Both the position numbers and the translations under genes were made by a program. Shown here one piece after another: positions 19,225-28,832 of a stretch of DNA of 55,391 bases (position 1 is its first letter; each line of letters begins with the position of its first letter). The DNA lies in sequence record SRR20825019_163; one strand, 5' to 3'. A model generated the notes under the pieces. It saw only the letters and a list, made by a program, of their open reading frames with translations, ran no database searches and was not told the origin of the DNA.

Positions 19225-20121
19225 TTAGCGAGCCTGCAGGGTGGTGGCACCTGCGCCCAGGCTTTGCGGAATTATGGCGGGTGATGCGCTCAGGATCGGA
19301 TAGCGGGACAGGTAATCTGCCGGCACATAACGCGCGATTGTCTCTGCGTAGGCCTCACTCTGCTGGAAAGCCATAATGGCGTGGTCGAGGCTGTTCATTG
19401 TCTTGTCGGATACAGACTTCTTGCTGAGCATGAAATGGGTCAGGCTGTCATTGACGGGTGACACATGGATGCTGGCTTCCTCAAGGCGACCTGACTTGCT
19501 GAGAAGCGTATGGCCATTAAAAATATCGTCAATCACCACATCCACACGGCCAGCCAGCAGGGCATTATAAAGCGTGTCATAGTTGGCTGACTGCAGGATC
19601 TGGCGCCGGAAGGCACTGTCGTTCTCATAAAGGCGGGCATACTCATAGCCATACCAACTGCCAAGGTGCGCACCGATAACCACCCCGGCATCGGCTGCAT
19701 TGGCTAAGCGCTGGAAGCTAGCGCGAGGTTCGTCGTTCTTTCGCATGAACATGACCATCACTTCGCGCCGGTATGGTTGGCTGAAGAAGGCGTATTCCTC
19801 CCGGTCTGGTGTGATGGAAGCGCCCATTGCGATATCTACCAGCCCTGACCTAAGGGCCGACAGCGACCGTTTGAGCGGCATTTCCGTGTAGCGCCAAGTG
19901 CAGCCTGCTTTGCGCAGCACTTGTTCAAGGATGTCGGTGTCGAGACCGACCACTTGACCGTCACCGTTTCTATGGTGATAGGGGGCAGAGTTGAAATAGA
20001 CCACGTTCAGCTCACGCTCACAGGCGGCATCGGCGGGGCTTGCGCTGCAGGTGAGGCTGCCAAAGATTGAGGCAGTCATGAAGGATAGGGCTCTGATCGT
20101 TTTACCGTGCCACCGTGCCAC
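19225..20121 (-). CDS. Family 3 (amino-acid-type) periplasmic substrate-binding protein
   Basis: PY, GLDTDI, PLKR, ASITPDREEYAFFSQPY, GRVDVVI. Confidence 0.88.
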   Translation of the reverse strand: MARWHGKTIRALSFMTASIFGSLTCSASPADAACERELNVVYFNSAPYHHRNGDGQVVGLDTDILEQVLRKAGCTWRYTEMPLKRSLSALRSGLVDIAMGASITPDREEYAFFSQPYRREVMVMFMRKNDEPRASFQRLANAADAGVVIGAHLGSWYGYEYARLYENDSAFRRQILQSANYDTLYNALLAGRVDVVIDDIFNGHTLLSKSGRLEEASIHVSPVNDSLTHFMLSKKSVSDKTMNSLDHAIMAFQQSEAYAETIARYVPADYLSRYPILSASPAIIPQSLGAGATTLQAR

Positions 20122-20190
20122 TTGTCCACCTCATTCAAGGGTTCAGTGTGCCACAGTTTTGGGCGCTACAAAACGGAAAATTCAATCATA

Positions 20191-20985
20191 TCAGCGACTA
20201 AGTAGAAAGTCTGCAAGGTAGGGTGGCGCGTAGGCACCGAGAAGTTCCGGATAAGCCGGGCTGGCTTTGAAGCTTTGGATCGCTTTGTTGATCTCCAGAA
20301 TATCGGTCTCAGTTACCGTGGTTTTGCCAAGCATGAAATACAGGTCGTTTTCATGCACGGTGATGGTTAGCGCCTTGATGTTTTTATCGAGGCCATGCAG
20401 TTGGCTCAGGTGGTAACCGCTCAGAAGATCAATGATTGCGACATCAACAAGGCCTGCCTCAAGCCAGCGCAACAGGGTGAGGAAGTTCTCACTGGTTTGC
20501 ACGCGCTTGCGAAATGCTGGTGTATTCATGGCATCAGTGAAGGCATCACCATACCAGCCCCCCAGCACAACCCCCACCTTCTGATCGCCGGTAACAATAT
20601 CCTCAAAGCTGGTCAAGCGGCTGGCCGCTTCATCATTTTTGCGGGCAAAAAGGCCGATAATCTCTCGCCGGGTAGGCACAGTGAAATATGCGCTTTCGTC
20701 TCGCTCGGCGGTTTTTGAAACACCTGGCATGCCGTCCATATGGCCCAGTTTTACATCCCTCAGCCCTCGTTTGAACGGAACTTTGTGCAGGTTATAATCG
20801 CAGCCCGCGACCTTCATCACGGTCTCCAGGATGCTGGCGTCGAGGCCCGAAACATGGCCCGCCTCGTCCCACGTGAAATAGGGTGGATACTCAAGCATGC
20901 CAAAGCTCAGCGTTTTGCTGCAACCTGCCCAGGCGGGCAGGCTGGAAAGCAACACCGCGATGAATACAAAAAAGCTTTTCCGCAT
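20191..20985 (-). CDS. Family 3 periplasmic substrate-binding protein (tandem paralogue)
   Basis: Signal peptide, YPPY, GLDASI, PFKR, SKTAER. Colinear similarity to the adjacent SBP. Confidence 0.88.
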   Translation of the reverse strand: MRKSFFVFIAVLLSSLPAWAGCSKTLSFGMLEYPPYFTWDEAGHVSGLDASILETVMKVAGCDYNLHKVPFKRGLRDVKLGHMDGMPGVSKTAERDESAYFTVPTRREIIGLFARKNDEAASRLTSFEDIVTGDQKVGVVLGGWYGDAFTDAMNTPAFRKRVQTSENFLTLLRWLEAGLVDVAIIDLLSGYHLSQLHGLDKNIKALTITVHENDLYFMLGKTTVTETDILEINKAIQSFKASPAYPELLGAYAPPYLADFLLSR

Positions 20986-21064
20986 GCAGTACCACATGAA
21001 AGAAGGGGCCGTATCTGTCTAAGTTATCGTGATGATGCAGCGTACGCCAGCAGGAAATGAGTTC

Positions 21065-21511
21065 TCACGCCAGCCTGATGAGGTCGGCACGTAAGTGTCC
21101 GGCATCGCTTGGTGCCAGTCTGGCGTCAACCTCCTCGTGGGTTTTTTTCCATATCGGAAATGCGTCAGCCAGTAGCTTGCGCCCTGCTTCCGTCAGCTTA
21201 AGCCGCCTGCTGCGCCGGTCGGCTTCGTCGACCGCCACTTCCATCAATTCGCGCCGCGCGAGCGGTTTGATGTTTGCGGTTAATGTGGTGCGGTCCATCG
21301 CCAGCAGGTTGGCGACCGAGCCAACGGTGGGCGGTTCAGGCCGGTTAAGTGACATGAGAAGCGAGAACTGCCCGCTTGTCAGCCCATGGGGGCGCAACGC
21401 GTCATCGAACAACCGTGCAGTTGCTCGAGCAGCACGTTGCAGGTGCATGCACAGGCAGTGATCCCGGACATGGAGCGTGACTTCAAACGGCAATAAATCT
21501 TTCTTTGACAT
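21065..21511 (-). CDS. MarR-family transcriptional regulator
   Basis: CLC..LQRAAR, GLTSGQFSLL, MDRTTLT, DRRSR..LT. Confidence 0.93.
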   Translation of the reverse strand: MSKKDLLPFEVTLHVRDHCLCMHLQRAARATARLFDDALRPHGLTSGQFSLLMSLNRPEPPTVGSVANLLAMDRTTLTANIKPLARRELMEVAVDEADRRSRRLKLTEAGRKLLADAFPIWKKTHEEVDARLAPSDAGHLRADLIRLA

Positions 21512-21522
21512 GGATTGAGTAT

Positions 21523-21563
21523 GTTGATATCAACGCAAAAGTCAATATGTTGATATCAACATA
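21523..21563. promoter_or_regulatory. Twin palindromic operators between marR and the divergent VOC gene
   Basis: GTTGATATCAAC at 21523-21534 and a perfect 18-mer TATGTTGATATCAACATA at 21546-21563. Confidence 0.8.
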
Positions 21564-21643
21564 ATTGGCTGATTTTTGATGTAGTGAGTGATTGGCGGAC
21601 GAACGCTCGAGCTTGCGACAATGCGAAGAAGAAGAGGATTTAA

Positions 21644-22090
21644 ATGCAACTGCACCCATACCTGAATTTTGATGGCAATTGCCGTGAGGCGTTCGAGTTT
21701 TATCATAAGTGCCTTGGGGGTGAGATCACCCTGATGATTACCTATGGCGACATGCCAGCAGACGAAAATCCCGATGCCCCTGAAGGCTGTGTTGATCCGG
21801 CATCGATGGCAGAGTGCGCCGACCTCATTGCGCATGTGAGCCTTGCCTTTGGGGACGCGGTCCTTATGGCATCTGACAGCCCGCCTGGTTTCTATGAGGC
21901 ACCTGCGGGCACAGCTTGTTCGCTTCAAATCTCTGACCCAGTTGAAGGTAAGGCCGTGTTTGACCGCCTGTCTGAAGGCGGCACCGTCAAAATGCCGTTT
22001 GGCCCTACAGACTGGGCAAAGGGTTTTGGCATGTTTAACGATAAATTCGGCGTTCCCTGGATGGTCAACTGTGAAGGTGCTGCGGACTGA
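21644..22090 (+). CDS. VOC/PhnB-family (glyoxalase-like) protein
   Basis: PYLNFDGNCREAFEFY, LMASD, FGMFNDKFGVPWMVN. Confidence 0.93.
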   Translation: MQLHPYLNFDGNCREAFEFYHKCLGGEITLMITYGDMPADENPDAPEGCVDPASMAECADLIAHVSLAFGDAVLMASDSPPGFYEAPAGTACSLQISDPVEGKAVFDRLSEGGTVKMPFGPTDWAKGFGMFNDKFGVPWMVNCEGAAD

Positions 22091-22189
22091 TCTCCCAAAC
22101 AGGTCTCCCACAGGGCCCTCCGCCAGTGTTTCGGTTGGGGGCCTTGATACCCTTTACCGGTAACGGTTGAGCGATAGGAAGGAGGGGGG

Positions 22190-22609
22190 ATGACATATTT
22201 CCCGCGCACAATGACGTATACGATGGAGCGCGTTTTCAGCGCGCCGCCTACGCTCGTTTACCGTGCGTGGTCGGATCCGGAGGCCAAAGCCCAGTGGTTT
22301 GGGGCGCTCAGGGGGGTGGACGCGGATATGAAAGCAGAGGACTTTCGTGTTGGCGGGCGGGAGCGGTTTATCTCGCGCTCCAAGGCAGGGACCGCGACCT
22401 ATGATATTTTTTACCGAGCCATTATCCCCGATCAATCCATCGTTTTTGAATGCGAAAGCCGGGAGCCTGATGGTCATGCCGCCAGATCCCTCATCTCGGT
22501 GGAATTTCATCCTGAAGGGGGCGGCACGCGGCTGGTGTTGAAGGAGAAACTACTCCGCCTTATGGCCCAATCCACTCAGCCCCTCAAGGCAGCAGCAGGA
22601 TTTTATTGA
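22190..22609 (+). CDS. SRPBCC/AHSA1-domain protein
   Basis: ERVFSAPPTLVYRAWSDPE, DFRVGG, GTRL, strong GGAGG RBS. Confidence 0.85.
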   Translation: MTYFPRTMTYTMERVFSAPPTLVYRAWSDPEAKAQWFGALRGVDADMKAEDFRVGGRERFISRSKAGTATYDIFYRAIIPDQSIVFECESREPDGHAARSLISVEFHPEGGGTRLVLKEKLLRLMAQSTQPLKAAAGFY

Positions 22610-23291
22610 ACGTATATGTGTAAAGCGTGCCGCGATTGTTTACCTCAAGCTGCCAGAACAGCGACTGACCTGCCGACGTGCGCCAATCCTTCAAGACAAA
22701 AACCATGGGGCGGGGGCCGTCCGGCTCCTGTACCGTAAGGTGATAGCCGAGCATCGCGCTATTGCGCTCATCAAAGAAATAAGCCAGCGCCGCCCCTGAA
22801 TGTGTTGTACCGCTGACCCTGAACGCGTGTATGCCGTTAAATTCAACCTCGTCCACGTTGTTGTTCATGGTTTCCAGCTCAAGCCGGGGGAAAAGCGCCC
22901 GGCGATGGAATTGATGCCCGCGCACATATTCTATCATATTGGGCGCAAGATCCCGGCGGTTACCATCTTTGCCTTCATACCAGATTGCCCCGTCTGTCTC
23001 GCCGTATGTGGCGGTGCCGTCCTCGCGTATCATCTGGAAGGTGGCGTCCCCAAGGCCCGTGTCTGTCGCCCGGCCACGCACGAGGGTTTTATAGGAGCTG
23101 TCGCCGGTGCGCACATTGGCCTGAGCTTCAACAGTGGTGATCCCGGCTTTGAGCTTGTCCCAGCCGTGATGCTCGTCAGCGGCGTCAAAAAGCTGGTCAG
23201 GCGTTGGAAGCTCTGCGGGTTGCGCGGTCGCCGTTGCAGTCAGGCAAAACACACCAAACAGTAGTCCAATAGTTTGTTTCCATCTGGTCAT
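22584..23291 (-). CDS. Secreted hypothetical protein (beta-rich, possibly LolA-like fold)
   Basis: Signal peptide from the ATG at 23291 (AAGGA RBS) and host-like codon usage. The fold guess is inference. Confidence 0.7.
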   Translation of the reverse strand: MTRWKQTIGLLFGVFCLTATATAQPAELPTPDQLFDAADEHHGWDKLKAGITTVEAQANVRTGDSSYKTLVRGRATDTGLGDATFQMIREDGTATYGETDGAIWYEGKDGNRRDLAPNMIEYVRGHQFHRRALFPRLELETMNNNVDEVEFNGIHAFRVSGTTHSGAALAYFFDERNSAMLGYHLTVQEPDGPRPMVFVLKDWRTSAGQSLFWQLEVNNRGTLYTYTFNKILLLP

Positions 23292-23528
23292 CAGGGTGTC
23301 CTTCCCGTTGTGCCTGGCCCGTCGTGCATCAGCTCCGCGCGGCGCTATCCGTCCATGATAGACCGTATAGGCAGGGAGAAAAGCGAAATTATGGCTCAAC
23401 TCGCCGCAGTTATGGAACGCTTCATCGCAGCACATAGTTGTGAATATCCTTTTTGGTGACTCGTCAAAACCGCGCTGCTAGGCTCGCGCGGCAATTCACC
23501 GAAAAAGGTGAAAAAAGGGAGAATAAAC

Positions 23529-24965
23529 ATGAGGACAACACGCTCGCGGACCACATTGGTCCGTCGTGGGCTTGTGGCAGCAGCGATGGGGCTTTCGCTT
23601 GCAGCTTGCCAGCCCGGAGGAGAGGAGCAGGGAGAATTTGTTAGCATTAACAAAGACCCGTTCCCATCCACCTATACCCCGCTTGAAAGCGGCGTAACTT
23701 TCATCACCAACGCAACCGTGCTTGACGGTAAGGGTGGCCGGATCGACGGCGGCTCCGTGCTGGTTGAAGGCGGCAAGATCATGGCTGTTGGCGCAGACCT
23801 TCAGGCACCAGCTGGCGCGACCGTGATTGACGCAAACGGCCGCTGGGTAACACCCGGCATCATCGATGTGCACAGCCACTTGGGCGTATACCCAAGCCCG
23901 GGCGTAAGCTCGCACTCTGACGGCAACGAAGTGGGTGAGCCTGTTACGGCTGATGTGTGGGTTGAGCATTCAAACTGGCCACAGGATCCTGGCTTCATTC
24001 GCGCGGCAGCTGGCGGCATCACGTCACTTCAACTGCTGCCGGGTTCTGCGAACCTTGTGGGTGGCCGTTCGGTAACGCTCAAAAACGTACCGGGCCGTGT
24101 TGCGCAGGATATGAAATTCCCCGGCGCGCCCTACGGCATGAAAATGGCGTGTGGTGAAAACCCGAAACGTGTTTATGGCAGCGGTAACAATAGCATTGAG
24201 TATCGCCCACACACCCGCATGGGTAACGTGGCTGGCTATCGCCAGGCATGGGCAGATGCACAAGCTTACCAGCGCAGCTGGGACAAGTATGAGCGTGACT
24301 ATAAAGCTGGCAAGGACGTTAACCCGCCAGCACGTGATTTGAACCTTGAAACACTCGCCGGTGTGCTAAGCGGCGAAATCCTCGTTCATATGCACTGCTA
24401 CCGTGCGGATGACATGGGCACCATGATGGATGTGATGAAAGAGTTTGGTTATCAGATCACATCGTTCCAGCACGCTGTTGATAGCTATAAAATTGCTGAC
24501 AAGCTGGCTGAAAACAACGTGTGTAGCGCCATGTGGGCCGATTGGTATGGCTTTAAGATGGAAGCTTATGACGGCATCCGTGAAAACATCCCGTTTGTGC
24601 ACAAGGCAGGTGCTTGCGCCATCGTACACTCGGACGACAGCAGGGGCATCCAGCGCCTGAACCAGGAAGCTGCCAAGGCGCTTGCCGATGGCCGCAAGGT
24701 TGGGGTGGATATCTCCAAGGAAGAAGCGTGGCAGTGGCTGTCGCTTAACCCGGCCAAATCGCTTGGTATTGCTGACAAGGTAGGTACGATCGAGCCCGGT
24801 AAGGACGCAGACATCGTACTGTGGTCGGGTGACCCGTTCAGCGTTTACACCAAGGCAGACATGACCTTTGTGGACGGTGCGGTAACCTTTGACCGCAATG
24901 ATCCAAGCCGCCAGCCGGTTATGGATTTCGAGCTTGGCCAGCCTGGTGAAGGAGACGTGAAATGA
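23529..24965 (+). CDS. Metal-dependent amidohydrolase, lipoprotein
   Basis: Lipobox LAAC, PGIIDVHSH, MKMACGENPK, HMHCY, HSDD, GTIEPGKDAD. Confidence 0.92.
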   Translation: MRTTRSRTTLVRRGLVAAAMGLSLAACQPGGEEQGEFVSINKDPFPSTYTPLESGVTFITNATVLDGKGGRIDGGSVLVEGGKIMAVGADLQAPAGATVIDANGRWVTPGIIDVHSHLGVYPSPGVSSHSDGNEVGEPVTADVWVEHSNWPQDPGFIRAAAGGITSLQLLPGSANLVGGRSVTLKNVPGRVAQDMKFPGAPYGMKMACGENPKRVYGSGNNSIEYRPHTRMGNVAGYRQAWADAQAYQRSWDKYERDYKAGKDVNPPARDLNLETLAGVLSGEILVHMHCYRADDMGTMMDVMKEFGYQITSFQHAVDSYKIADKLAENNVCSAMWADWYGFKMEAYDGIRENIPFVHKAGACAIVHSDDSRGIQRLNQEAAKALADGRKVGVDISKEEAWQWLSLNPAKSLGIADKVGTIEPGKDADIVLWSGDPFSVYTKADMTFVDGAVTFDRNDPSRQPVMDFELGQPGEGDVK

Positions 24966-26233
24966 GCATCATGAAAACATTGATGGGTGCTTCGCTTCTC
25001 GCGATTTCAGCGGCAAGTGCAAGTGCGGAAGATATCGCCATCACCGGTGGTATCGCGTTTACAAACGGCGGTAAGGGCAAGGTGGAAAACGCCACCGTGC
25101 TGATCCACGACGGCAAGATCCAGTCTGTGACAGCAGGCGGTGAAGTGCCAGCGGGTTACCGCAGCGTGGATGCAAGCGGCAAGTGGGTCACGGTAGGCCT
25201 CATGGCTGCGGGCACCAACCTGGGCCTCATGGATGTTGGCCTTTCCGGCAATATCAATGACGCCCGCGCGAGCGACGCCAAAAACGGTATCGGCCTTGAA
25301 GTGTCATACGCTTTCAACCCGGACACCACCATCATCCCGAACACCCGGATCGAAGGTGTAACCCGAGCGGTGACGGGTTTCAGTGCCAGCAAGGACATGT
25401 GGCGCGGCCAAAGTGCGGTTATCGCGCTGGCTGGTGACGACATGATCGTGCGCGAGCATGCTGTGCTGAGCATCGATATGGACGAAGGGGCAGCCAGTTC
25501 AAACGGCGGTAGCCGGGCAGCCCTTTGGGACAGCGTGATCACCAAGCTTGAAGAATCTCGCCCGAACGGCGATGACGAAGGTGACAAGAAGGATGACGAC
25601 AAGAAAGACAAAAAGCCAAAGTACGATAGCGCCAAAGCGGCCCTTGACCGGCTTTTTGCGGGCGAAATACCGCTTCTTGTCGAAGTTGAGCGTAAAGCTG
25701 ACATCCTGAATGTGATCAAGCTCAAGGAACGTTTCGGCATTGAAGTTGTCATCACCGCGGGTGGTGAAGCCTGGATGGTTGCGGAAGAACTTGCTGCGGC
25801 AAAAATCCCCGTGGTGATCGACCCGATACGCAATCTGCCTGAGGACTTTGACACCCTTGGTCAAACCGGTGCGGCCGCTGGCCGGCTCGCGGCGGCGGGT
25901 GTGAAGGTTGCTTTCCTCGCTCCTGATACCCACAACACACGCCTTGTTGCGCAGTCTGCGGGCAATGCTGTGGCGATGGGCATGTCATGGGAAGATGCCA
26001 TGGATGCGCTGACCGTTAACGCGGCGGATATCTTCGGTGTAGCAGACAGCTACGGCACGCTTGAAGCCGGGAAGGACGCAGACGTTGTTGTGTGGACCGG
26101 TGACCCGCTTGAGCTGATGACAACGGCTGACGCCGTGTTCATCCGCGGTGAAGAAGTGCCTATGGTGAGCCGCCAGACCAAGCTTCGGGACCGGTATATG
26201 GACCTGCCGCGCTCTCCCGCTTACGTAAAGTAA
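24962..26233 (+). CDS. Amidohydrolase-fold partner protein lacking the HxH metal motif
   Basis: Signal peptide, GKWVTVGLMAAGT in place of PGxxDxHxH, GTLEAGKDADVVVW, translationally coupled to the upstream gene. Confidence 0.88.
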   Translation: MSIMKTLMGASLLAISAASASAEDIAITGGIAFTNGGKGKVENATVLIHDGKIQSVTAGGEVPAGYRSVDASGKWVTVGLMAAGTNLGLMDVGLSGNINDARASDAKNGIGLEVSYAFNPDTTIIPNTRIEGVTRAVTGFSASKDMWRGQSAVIALAGDDMIVREHAVLSIDMDEGAASSNGGSRAALWDSVITKLEESRPNGDDEGDKKDDDKKDKKPKYDSAKAALDRLFAGEIPLLVEVERKADILNVIKLKERFGIEVVITAGGEAWMVAEELAAAKIPVVIDPIRNLPEDFDTLGQTGAAAGRLAAAGVKVAFLAPDTHNTRLVAQSAGNAVAMGMSWEDAMDALTVNAADIFGVADSYGTLEAGKDADVVVWTGDPLELMTTADAVFIRGEEVPMVSRQTKLRDRYMDLPRSPAYVK

Positions 26234-26249
26234 GCAGTGAGTTAGTTAT

Positions 26250-26278
26250 AAAAGCCGGGGTTATCGCCCCGGCTTTTT
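26250..26278 (+). terminator. Intrinsic terminator
   Basis: AAAAGCCGGGG-TTATCG-CCCCGGCTTTTT. Confidence 0.85.
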
Positions 26279-26310
26279 AGTATCAGGCAGCGATTTGAGG
26301 AGAAAGAGCA

Positions 26311-27375
26311 ATGCGTTCGATTGCCGTAAGCCTTGTTGCGAGTTTATTTTTATCCCTTCCCCTTTTTGCGAGCCCAGAGGCATGGCAAGCCCTGCCGGCG
26401 CCTCTCAAGGCGGAGCTGGAAGGGGTTGCCATCTCACTTTACGAGCTTGGGCCGGACGGTGGTGAGGTTGCCCTCAGCCGAGGAAATCTGACAGAGACCA
26501 CACCACTTCGCATAGCCAGCGTGACCAAAACATTTGTCGCCGCCACAGCGCTCAGGCTTGTTGAAGACGGCAAGCTTGATCTCATGAAGCCCATGACGAC
26601 CTATGTGGATAAGGCCTTTACCGATATCCTGCGTGAAGACGGTTATGACGTTGACGCGATCACGGTCAAACACCTGATGTCCCATACGGGTGGGCTAACC
26701 GACCATGCGCAGACCAAAACCTTCTTTGATATCATTATCAAGGACCCAAGCCATGTCTGGACCCGTGAGCAGGCGCTAAGGGGCGCGGTCGACTGGTCTG
26801 AGCCCAAAGGCGCACCGGGGGAGAAATTCTCATATTCTGACACTGGTTATATCCTGCTCGGGCATATCATTGAGAAACTGACGGGCAAACCGCTTGCTGC
26901 CGCAGTGCGCTTGCAGCTTGGTCTTGACCAGATTGGCATGCCAGACACCTACTGGGAGCTGGCGGAAGAAAACGAGGATGCCGCCAAACGCCGCGCACAT
27001 CAGATGCTGGACGGCATGGACACCTACGGCTGGAGCGCCACGCTTGATCATTATGGCGGCGGCGGGCTGGTGTCTTCCACGCGGGATATGGCGCGGTTTT
27101 TCCAGGCTCTGTTCAGCGGTAAGGTTTTCAGGAAACCAGAAACCCTGAACCTTATGCTGTCGAACGAGGGTTTGCCCGCTGATGGCCCTTACCGCCTCGG
27201 TATTTTCGTCAAGGAAGAGAAGGGCGTGACCTATTATGAGCATTCCGGCTTCTGGGGCACTGTTGTGCTTTATGTGCCGTCAAGTGGCCGCACACTATCG
27301 GGCGCGGTGCTTGATCAGGCTCACTTCAAGATGATGCGCCAGGGCTTGATGGAGGTGGTAGCCTCAGGGCAGTAG
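26311..27375 (+). CDS. Secreted serine hydrolase (D-Ala-D-Ala carboxypeptidase/beta-lactamase family)
   Basis: IASVTK, LMSHTGG, FSYSDTGY, HSG. Confidence 0.9.
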   Translation: MRSIAVSLVASLFLSLPLFASPEAWQALPAPLKAELEGVAISLYELGPDGGEVALSRGNLTETTPLRIASVTKTFVAATALRLVEDGKLDLMKPMTTYVDKAFTDILREDGYDVDAITVKHLMSHTGGLTDHAQTKTFFDIIIKDPSHVWTREQALRGAVDWSEPKGAPGEKFSYSDTGYILLGHIIEKLTGKPLAAAVRLQLGLDQIGMPDTYWELAEENEDAAKRRAHQMLDGMDTYGWSATLDHYGGGGLVSSTRDMARFFQALFSGKVFRKPETLNLMLSNEGLPADGPYRLGIFVKEEKGVTYYEHSGFWGTVVLYVPSSGRTLSGAVLDQAHFKMMRQGLMEVVASGQ

Positions 27376-27390
27376 TTGGGAAAGGCCGGG

Positions 27391-28131
27391 TTATTCTCCG
27401 GCCTTTTTGATATCATCGAAGCGCGGTTTAACCAGCAGCAGAAACAGGCTGGCGGCGAGCCCGGCGGCGGCGAACATCATGCACATCACCATAATCTGGT
27501 ATCGCGCGGCGATCATGGGTGAAACGCCTGAGAGGATCTGCCCTGTCATCATGCCGGGCAGGGACACGAGCCCCACAGCAAACAGCGAATTGGTGAGCGG
27601 GATAAGCGCAGCCTTGAGTGCGATGCTGCGCGCTCTGGCGTATGGTTCCCCGCGCATGGCTTCCGCTTCAAACCGCTCAGCCGCCAAACTGATGCTGTTC
27701 ATGGATGCTGCGAATATCATACCCGCGAGCGGGATGATATAACGCGGCGCATACCACGGGCTGAGACTAAGCACACCCTGGGTTATAAGCAAAAGCACAC
27801 TGCCACCCCCAACCAGAACAGCCGCAAGCGCAAGCGGGTATAATGTGCGCCGGGGCAGGCGGGTGGTCCTGAGCGCAATCCAGCTTGCCACCAGCATCAT
27901 CACTGCCAGCACGGCAATAATCACAGCCGCATGTTTCGCCTCAAAAATATAAACCAGCACATAGCCGATCAGCGTGAGCTGCAGCAGCATGCGAGCGAAG
28001 CCGTACAGCGTTTCGCGGGCGTCACGCGACCACAGGTGCAGAATGACAATCACGACCAGTACCGGAAGTGCTGCGAGCGCGAGGTCTAGCGGCGCGATCT
28101 GGTGAACGGCGGTGTTCTCGGTCGTGTTCAT
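27391..28131 (-). CDS. FetB/YbbM (UPF0014) ABC-type permease
   Basis: RMLLQL, IIPLAGM, GLVSLPGMMTGQILSG, RYQI. Confidence 0.9.
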   Translation of the reverse strand: MNTTENTAVHQIAPLDLALAALPVLVVIVILHLWSRDARETLYGFARMLLQLTLIGYVLVYIFEAKHAAVIIAVLAVMMLVASWIALRTTRLPRRTLYPLALAAVLVGGGSVLLLITQGVLSLSPWYAPRYIIPLAGMIFAASMNSISLAAERFEAEAMRGEPYARARSIALKAALIPLTNSLFAVGLVSLPGMMTGQILSGVSPMIAARYQIMVMCMMFAAAGLAASLFLLLVKPRFDDIKKAGE

Positions 28132-28727
28132 GTCGCTTTTCGCTTTTTACCGCGCCGGTGCGCAATAATGCGGAGGCTGAGCGCTATGAGGCACAGGATA
28201 GGTATCCACAGCCGCGCGGGCTCTGGCCCGTCTTTCACCAATCGGCCAAGGCTGGTGGCAAGGAAAATGAGCCAGATATAATAGCTGCCCACCTTATGCA
28301 GGCGTTTCCAGCGTTTTGCGCCCAGTTTGCGCACAGATGCATTGTTGGAGGTAAGCGCCATAAGGCTAAGGAACAGATATGCGAGGCCGCCCACCATCAG
28401 CTCAGGTATGCCGCGACTTTCTGGTGTTAGCGCAAGGTTTGATAGAACCAGCACCCCATGTACACCGTGCACCAGTGCGAAGGAAAGCCCGATATAGCGG
28501 CGGTTGCGCATGAGGAACTTTGGCCCCGGGCCCGGCGCAAGCCGCGCGAGCGACGATGCGGTAAAGGCAAAAAAGAACAGCACAAAAGCCATATCTGCTG
28601 TGGGGGACATAACAAACGGCAATGCGCCAACATAGCTGCCTGCCGCTGTGATCTGGCTGTAAACAAAACCAAAAAGTATGAGCGCAACCGGTATAAACAG
28701 CCGCTTGCCTTCCAGAAGTCTCGTCAT
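28128..28727 (-). CDS. Ferric-reductase-like transmembrane (MsrQ/YedZ-like) heme protein
   Basis: RNRRYIGL, HGVH, LTSN, WKRLH..G.Y. Start set at the ATG at 28727 (GAGGGG RBS). Confidence 0.85.
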   Translation of the reverse strand: MTRLLEGKRLFIPVALILFGFVYSQITAAGSYVGALPFVMSPTADMAFVLFFFAFTASSLARLAPGPGPKFLMRNRRYIGLSFALVHGVHGVLVLSNLALTPESRGIPELMVGGLAYLFLSLMALTSNNASVRKLGAKRWKRLHKVGSYYIWLIFLATSLGRLVKDGPEPARLWIPILCLIALSLRIIAHRRGKKRKAT

Positions 28728-28832
28728 TATGCCCCTCCCAAGGATCACTCGTCGCGAGCGTTGCCTTCGCCGCCAAACGCTGAAATAGTTCCACACAATT
28801 GAGTATGGGCAAAATTCTTTGTGAGCAGAGCG

